64,000 nt of DNA, from positions 93,682,001 to 93,746,000 of the forward strand of contig NC_042997.1 in assembly GCF_006345805.1 (NCBI RefSeq), written 5' to 3'. Position numbers and translations under genes: made by a program. Below are positions 59,601 through 64,000 of this stretch, piece by piece; positions within the stretch are counted from its first letter, which is position 1, and each line of letters begins with the position of its first letter. This stretch comes from Octopus sinensis. Taxonomy: Eukaryota. The notes beneath the pieces are model-generated. The model was not told the origin of the DNA. It was given only the letters and a program-made list of their open reading frames with translations, and made no database searches.

Positions 59601-59726
59601 GCTCTTCCTTGACTCGGTCAAGTTCATTTTGAAGACTGCTCACTTGTTTCTCAAATTGCTCTTTCTCAATTTGCTTGGTCAGCTGCAAACCACTGTAGTT
59701 CTCAGAAAGATCAGACAACTCTTCAC
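21110..59726 (-). CDS. CFAP157: Cilia- and flagella-associated protein 157, 5'-partial spliced CDS: complement(join(21110..21256,38542..38734,39588..39781,44369..44519,48960..49090,51056..51323,53771..53924,59577..59726)), about 461 aa + stop
   Basis: Phase-consistent AG/GT exons encode a coiled-coil protein matching remembered CFAP157 motifs: [32 protein letters not shown]-...ETTKR-I-EN, ELIQEN--LK, MLQHLL--L and Y-LGD-G-VPR. Confidence 0.9.
21765..22850. repeat. ~1.1 kb compound (TA)n/(TG)n microsatellite
   Basis: Directly visible; it produces the spurious YI/CV-rich ORFs. Confidence 0.97.
22851..25205 (-). mobile_element. 5'-truncated RTE-clade LINE with expanded 3' UTR and (ATG)n tail
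   Basis: [45 protein letters not shown]; ends in the (cat)n-gtttaa repeat shared with other copies. Confidence 0.9.
25459..25581 (-). ncRNA. Candidate type I hammerhead ribozyme A (88 nt stem II loop)
   Basis: Minus strand: atct CTGAAGA ggcc-[88 nt]-ggct GAAA cagctg TA agat; all core nucleotides present, 4 bp stem I. Confidence 0.7.
25757..26135. repeat. Long near-perfect palindrome with small indels
   Basis: Arms 25757-25956 and 25961-26135 around the loop TGCT. Confidence 0.92.
26590..26721 (-). ncRNA. Candidate type I hammerhead ribozyme B (12 bp stem II, 83 nt loop)
   Basis: Minus strand: tct CTGACGA ggcctatggtta-[83 nt]-taaccataggct GAAA cagctg TA agg; all core nucleotides present, 3 bp stem I. 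Confidence 0.72.
28495..28890 (+). mobile_element. SINE family A
   Basis: Full-length match to 33167-33562. Confidence 0.85.
28957..29313 (+). mobile_element. SINE family B-related (same head, different tail)
   Basis: Shares its 5' ~160 bp with 13093-13405 and then diverges. Confidence 0.75.
29444..30704 (-). mobile_element. Decayed Tc1/mariner element, maT/DD37D-like
   Basis: TA-flanked imperfect TIRs (cagggtgc..atatttgagga); remnants of [13 protein letters not shown] and W-PNSPDLNPLDY. Confidence 0.8.
32521..32918 (-). mobile_element. Non-autonomous Helitron
   Basis: 5' TCTTTATATAT; 3' hairpin cccaagcaacaccggg then CTAG|T, resembling the end at 8583. Confidence 0.85.
33167..33562 (+). 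mobile_element. SINE family A, full length
   Basis: tRNA-like head, central TA/TG tract, tail gactgaaacaagtaaaagag. Confidence 0.88.
35009..35273. repeat. Imperfect inverted repeat element
   Basis: Arms of ~105 bp (..ttgaacacaatgagaaac..catggaaa..ttcaaacaac..gagtacaag) around a ~55 bp spacer. Confidence 0.8.
37001..37384 (-). mobile_element. SINE family A, full length
   Basis: Reverse complement of the family at 33167. Confidence 0.9.
37677..37891. mobile_element. TTAA-flanked MITE, same family as 2470-2685
   Basis: Same TIR and internal sequence, flanked by TTAA. Confidence 0.7.
38542..38734 (-). CDS. CFAP157: CFAP157 exon (NLPPIQ...[11 protein letters not shown]...GVQTLSMKR)
   Basis: ttcaag acceptor and gtaaga donor; Y-LGD-G-VPR motif. 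Confidence 0.85.
39588..39781 (-). CDS. CFAP157: CFAP157 exon (SLDADD...[12 protein letters not shown]...KRKI)
   Basis: ttgcag acceptor and gtaagt donor; core of ORF 39584..39898. Confidence 0.87.
39909..42124 (-). mobile_element. Decayed piggyBac transposon
   Basis: TTAA on both sides; TIR CCCT(c/g)TCA(g/t)G; transposase remnants [35 protein letters not shown]. Confidence 0.88.
42380..42870 (+). mobile_element. Relic of an RLE-type (R4/Dong-like) non-LTR retrotransposon, C-terminus
   Basis: Remnants [41 protein letters not shown] and IIIGALG fit the CCHC/restriction-like endonuclease region. Confidence 0.7.
43931..44150. mobile_element. Mariner-type MITE
   Basis: Imperfect TIRs gagggtgctggaaaattcctggcttt / aaagccaggaacttttcagtaccactc. 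Confidence 0.6.
44369..44519 (-). CDS. CFAP157: CFAP157 exon (ETIRTALHN...IKDYLL)
   Basis: tttcag acceptor and gtaaat donor; coiled-coil core of ORF 44255..44695. Confidence 0.87.
47085..47610. repeat. Unclassified interspersed repeat, copy 2
   Basis: Similar to 560-1010. Confidence 0.75.
47895..48109. mobile_element. TTAA-flanked MITE, second family (partial reverse copy at 1-96)
   Basis: ttaa-CCCTTT...AAAGGG-ttaa; internal sequence is the reverse complement of window bases 1-96. Confidence 0.7.
48960..49090 (-). CDS. CFAP157: CFAP157 exon ([11 protein letters not shown]...LENTE)
   Basis: ttacag acceptor. The donor is taken as GA|gttggt because only that phase joins the next exon, so the 3' boundary is less certain. 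Confidence 0.8.
49119..49995 (+). mobile_element. Truncated RTE-clade LINE fragment
   Basis: ORFs 49120..49368 and 49485..49859: [26 protein letters not shown]; same family as 22851-25205. Confidence 0.9.
51056..51323 (-). CDS. CFAP157: CFAP157 exon ([11 protein letters not shown]...MLNCQK)
   Basis: tattag acceptor and gtgagt donor; overlaps ORF 50990..51310; [10 protein letters not shown] motif. Confidence 0.93.
52520..53330 (-). mobile_element. Old RTE-BovB-like LINE fragment (pre-RT / RT N-terminus)
   Basis: Remnants [32 protein letters not shown]. Confidence 0.65.
53771..53924 (-). CDS. CFAP157: CFAP157 exon ([13 protein letters not shown]...QVIDKDR)
   Basis: aaacag acceptor and gtgagt donor; GKLA-LEEFR motif. 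Confidence 0.92.
54918..57081 (-). mobile_element. Chapaev3 (CMC superfamily) transposon, full span, decayed transposase
   Basis: TIR CACTGG(G/A)CAACAAA with TTA TSD; N-terminal [30 protein letters not shown]; core [37 protein letters not shown]. Confidence 0.88.
57655..58763 (-). mobile_element. 5'-truncated RTE-clade LINE with a fold-back 5' end
   Basis: ORF 58010..58870 core ([38 protein letters not shown]), 3' UTR and (cat)n tail. Confidence 0.92.
59577..59726 (-). CDS. CFAP157: CFAP157 exon ([10 protein letters not shown]...ELTAENTIL)
   Basis: tttatag acceptor and gtgagt donor; 150 nt. Confidence 0.88.
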
Positions 59727-60743
59727 CTATAAAGTAAAAATACATTTAAAAAAAAAACCTTTAAAATGAACACTTAACTTGTTAGAAATAGCAGCCTCAA
59801 GTTACACCCAGCTAAGGAGGACACTTTGCATAATGTAAGCTGGAATGTTTTTCATCATAGGTCTAACATGAGGCTAACAACATATATTTACAAAGAGTCC
59901 AGTTCTCACTATAGTTTTCCTATTTCTACAATGTTCTTAGGAACTCAAACAGTTATTTCATATAAACATTAACTTGTGAGGTTTATCAATCTCTTTATAT
60001 TAAAATATGTTTAATGAGTATAAAATAATAGTCTCTGCTCAAAATGGTAAGACCCTAGTTTAAAAAAATTGACAAAGGAAATTTCATAACCAAACCAAGG
60101 TGTCATGTAAAAAGTACTGGTGATGGTGTCAAATAAAAAGCACTCAATACACCCTGTAAAGCAGTTAGCATTAGGAAGGACATCCAGCTATAGAAACCAA
60201 GCCAAAACAGATTATGGAATCTGGTGCAGCTCCTGACCTTGCCAGTCAGTTCCTGTCAAGCAGTCCAACCCATGCCAGCATGGAAAACAAACATTAAATG
60301 TTGATGATGATGATGATGAATGGTATCTAACCTCGTTAATAGAAAATGATTTTAAGTTACTTTGAACAACATATGCCTGTAGAATGGATCCTGTGCTAAA
60401 TATATGAGGTAAAGGTTAAATCAACAGACCTTAACCATAGCACTACACTGAAGTGCTACTGACAAAAGGGACATTCAAGAAAAGATTTTACTATCATACT
60501 TTTTCTTTCAAGAACATATATACACACAAAATTCAATAAGTACTCAAGTTACATTTCATGTTTTAAAATGTTGCAAACTATAAAATTAACTGTATGATTG
60601 TTGAATACAAAAGCGAGGACTTCAAGATATAGTGCACTGTTTCAAGTAGTCTTGTCTAACCAAATCAAATATAAAAAGCAATCAGGATGACAATGACAAT
60701 AATGATATGTGTGTATATATCTGCGTATGTGTGCGCGCGTGCA

Positions 60744-60780
<37 letters not shown>

Positions 60781-60789
60781 TTGGAAAAT

Positions 60790-61480
60790 GGTGATTAGTG
60801 ATGTGGATGTACTTGAGAGAAGTGGTAGTAGGAGTGTAGAATTGATGATTCTGCAAAGTGGTTTGAGGTGGGGTGGACATCTGGTGAGAATGAATGATGA
60901 AAGATTTTCTAAACAACTTTTGTATGGTGAGCTGGAAGATAGTAGGAAGCCAGCACATAAACCCAAAATGAGGTTCAAGAACTGCCTCAGGATTGCTCTG
61001 ACACAGACAGGAGTTTCAGCTGTTGATTGGGAGAAGGAGGCACAAGACTAAAATGGATGGATGAAAAGAGTGCCCAGTGGTTGTTCGAAGTTTGAAAGCA
61101 AGAGAATGAAGCACAAGAAGATCAAGAGAAGGCTTAGAAAAATGAACCTGTGGAAAATGAGGGAGCATTGCTTTTCATGTGTGTGATTTGTGGGAGGAAA
61201 CACTTGAGTCATGTAGGCCTGATCAGCTATCAGAGAACTCACAGGAATCAACCCCTTGTGAATTGTGATGTAGCTATTGATCACAACAGAACATGAGCAA
61301 CCTGTGGAAAGGTGTGCCTTTTAGTTGGAGGACTGAGAAGGCATGTCAAAAGAACTCATACTGTGGTACCTGTTTCCTCTGCCAGCCAGAACAGCTGTGC
61401 ATTATGCAACAGAATGCGCAAATCTTTAGCTGAGCTCAAGAGTCATATAAGGGCCTCACATTGCATCATCAATTACTCAT
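60790..61480 (+). mobile_element. RTE-BovB-like LINE 3' fragment with zinc-finger tail
   Basis: LRWGGHLVRM-DER--KQLLYGEL, KPKMRFK-CL, followed by C2H2-like remnants. Confidence 0.8.
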
Positions 61481-61563
61481 TTCAATGATTCTTTCTAGCA
61501 ATGGCTTTGCTCATATACGAGAAAGCAGCTACCATATATATCTGTGTGCATGTGTATGTGTGA

Positions 61564-61595
<32 letters not shown>

Positions 61596-62023
61596 ATATA
61601 TCTTGGACTTTTCCCTTCTTTCTGATGAAGAGCTATGCTTGGAATGTTTAAACACCTACTCTTTTTCCACCTTTACTGAATGTCAAGCTAATACATTCCA
61701 TGCACTTGATAAGACATGTCAAGCTAAGTAAAATCATTGTCTTCCAGACATACAGGCTCGTCCTTTCAAGTGTTGGTGCCACTTAAAAAGCACCTGTGTC
61801 AGTACTGTGTAAACGCACCCATGCTGGTACTGTGTAAACACAACCATGCCAGTGCTGTGTAAATACACTTATGCTGGTAGCACATAAAAAGCACCCTCCT
61901 TTAACGTCCCTTTTCAATGCTTGCATGGATTGGACAGTTTGACCAGAGCTGGCAAGTCGGAGAGCTGCAGGTTCCAGTCTGATTTAGCTTAGTTTCCTTG
62001 ACTGGATGCCCTTCCTAATTCCA

Positions 62024-62095
<72 letters not shown>

Positions 62096-62596
62096 TCACA
62101 CACACACATACATTCAGTTACCTTTTAGCTTTAACTGTTGTTTCCAGTATGCAATAATTTCTCTTTTATCACTGTCCATTTGAACATATTTGTCATGGAA
62201 GTTGCCATTTGAAATTTCAAGTTCATCACACCGTTTTTGGTACCTGAAAAATTATGTATGAATAAGAGTTAATCATCATCAACCTTCATTCAACATCACC
62301 ACCACCACCACCACCACCACCATCACTACAATCACAACCACCACCACTATCACAATTACTAACTCTATCACCATCCCTATCACCATCACCATCATCATCA
62401 TCACTTTACACTGATTTTTATATTTTTAAAATTTTCACCTGGGTTGGACAAGTCTTTTCCAGTCCAGCCTCACATCATTTATTATGATCACTTGTCATTT
62501 ACTTTCCTAAACTCTAAGTAAATGGTTCAGCATTCTGAGATTTTGGAATAGATAACAATAAGATCACTGAATAAAGACTATATAATTATATATATA

Positions 62597-63350
62597 CGTG
62601 ATCTGATCAATAAGTATCTGGATTGTTGCCATAGTAATGAAGCTACAGCATACAGAGTGAAGCCACTTGGCACAGATTGACCTTGAACTCTGCTGTGCAT
62701 GTGTACTAAGTCTTAATGTACTAGCTCAATTCTGCTGTTTACAGCAGTACTTGAAAGGAAGGTGTGTAGCATGTAATCATCACATTGACCATGACAGAGA
62801 AAGTTGAGCAGAGAATCTGCATCAGATTTTGCCAAAAGCTTGAGAAAAAGTTGAGCAGAGAATCTGCATCAAATTTTGCCAAAAGCTTGGTGATACCTGC
62901 TCAGAGGCCTACGCAAAGTTTTCAAAAAGTTTTCATTGTTCTTGACAAAATCAAGATCTTGTGCAACTGAACCCCGAGTGTCCTTTTGGTCAGCTAAAAG
63001 CAGTTTTAGCACAAACTTAGCAGACATGCATCTCATACCCAAATCTTTGGTGAACTATAACTAATTTGCATATCCTCTGATAGCTCAAAGATGGTGATTC
63101 AATGATTTCTCCTCACTGCTTCACGCACGTCTGTGATGTTTTTTTTTCAATTCTGTTGGTTGCGGGTCTTCTAGAACGTTCATCACTATTGACATTTTTT
63201 TGGCCATCTTAGAAATGTCTGAACCACTCATACACTTGTGTGCAGTTCATACACTCCTCTCAACTGTAGGACTCTACTTTTTCTGTCAACTTTGTGCAAT
63301 AGGACTCTATTCAGTATCACCATGACAACTTTCTCTCTGTCATGGTCAAT
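62597..63350. mobile_element. Rearranged mariner relic: two converging 5' fragments
   Basis: The + copy has a TA-flanked TIR and MTEKVEQRICIRFCQKL; the - copy reads TQVYEWF, DERS-RP, DLGMRC-SAKFV. Confidence 0.8.
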
Positions 63351-63480
63351 TATGATGACATTCCTCCAAGCACTACATAGACAGATAAGCATACATATAT
63401 GTGCACAGCATTCAGAGTCATCTTTACATGGCTTCACATGCTTTAGCTTCATTACTACATGACACTACATTGATCAGACA

Positions 63481-63640
63481 TATACATACATGCATGCATG
63501 CATGCATACATACATACATACATACATACATACATACATACATACATACATACATACATACATACATACATACATACATACATACATACATACATACATA
63601 CATACATACATACATGCATGCATGCATGCATGCATATTAG
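63481..63640. repeat. (CATA)n microsatellite flanked by (CATG)n on both sides
   Basis: Directly visible. Confidence 0.95.
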
Positions 63641-64000
63641 GGTGTCCTGTTTTCAGGGTCAAAATTTTTTCTGACTGCACCATTGTCTTGTGTGGTGCCA
63701 GTGAATGAAAAAAATGAGGTATACAAAGTGGCAGGGCTCTAAAACCATCTTCATAACTACACAAGCCTCCTCTGGAAATTGAAAAAATGGTCAAAATTGG
63801 CTATATTTATTGTGCTTGTGTAATGAATGTCAAGGGGAAATGTATCTGTTTAATATTTGTTTCATAAGCCTCATATGGATCTAAATTATGTTAGAAAATA
63901 AGGTGCAAGTGCATAATTTATTTTTAATGATTTTATAACAAACACTGTAACATAGTTGGTACAAGTTTCTTTAATTGTAAATCAACCTTCCAAGATACAT

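Noticed and set aside
60480-60540. Possible upstream CFAP157 exon ending aaaa|gtatga
   Set aside because: No open, CFAP157-like frame upstream; the 5' exons probably lie beyond the window.
61612-61660. Hammerhead-like CTGATGA-agagc tat gctt-GGAA-tgtt
   Set aside because: The GAAA box and stem III are mutated; at most a dead minimal hammerhead.

Overview
AT-rich, repeat- and microsatellite-dense animal genomic DNA. The repeat landscape suggests a cephalopod such as Octopus (inference). Two spliced genes point towards each other. (1) FBXW5 on +: five 3' coding exons (1601-1775, 4556-4695, 5992-7091, 11326-11538, 14042-14321); the F-box/first WD exons lie upstream of the window. (2) CFAP157 on -: eight coding exons from 59726 down to a terminal exon at 21110-21256 that is too short for the ORF track and follows a ~17.3 kb intron; its 5' exons were not found and probably lie beyond 64000. 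Introns and the intergenic gap hold decayed transposons: Helitron, piggyBac, Chapaev3, mariner/DD37D, hAT MITE, RTE and RLE-type LINEs, tRNA-derived SINEs. Most short ORFs in the track come from repeats or microsatellites. The most notable feature is a pair of minimal type I hammerhead ribozyme motifs with complete cores (25459-25581 and 26590-26721). They have very large stem II loops and identical palindromic stem III, and sit 1130 nt apart in the sense direction of the CFAP157 last intron, in a Penelope-like repeat complex, flanking a ~380 bp palindrome. A further hammerhead-like motif lies in a palindrome in an FBXW5 intron.
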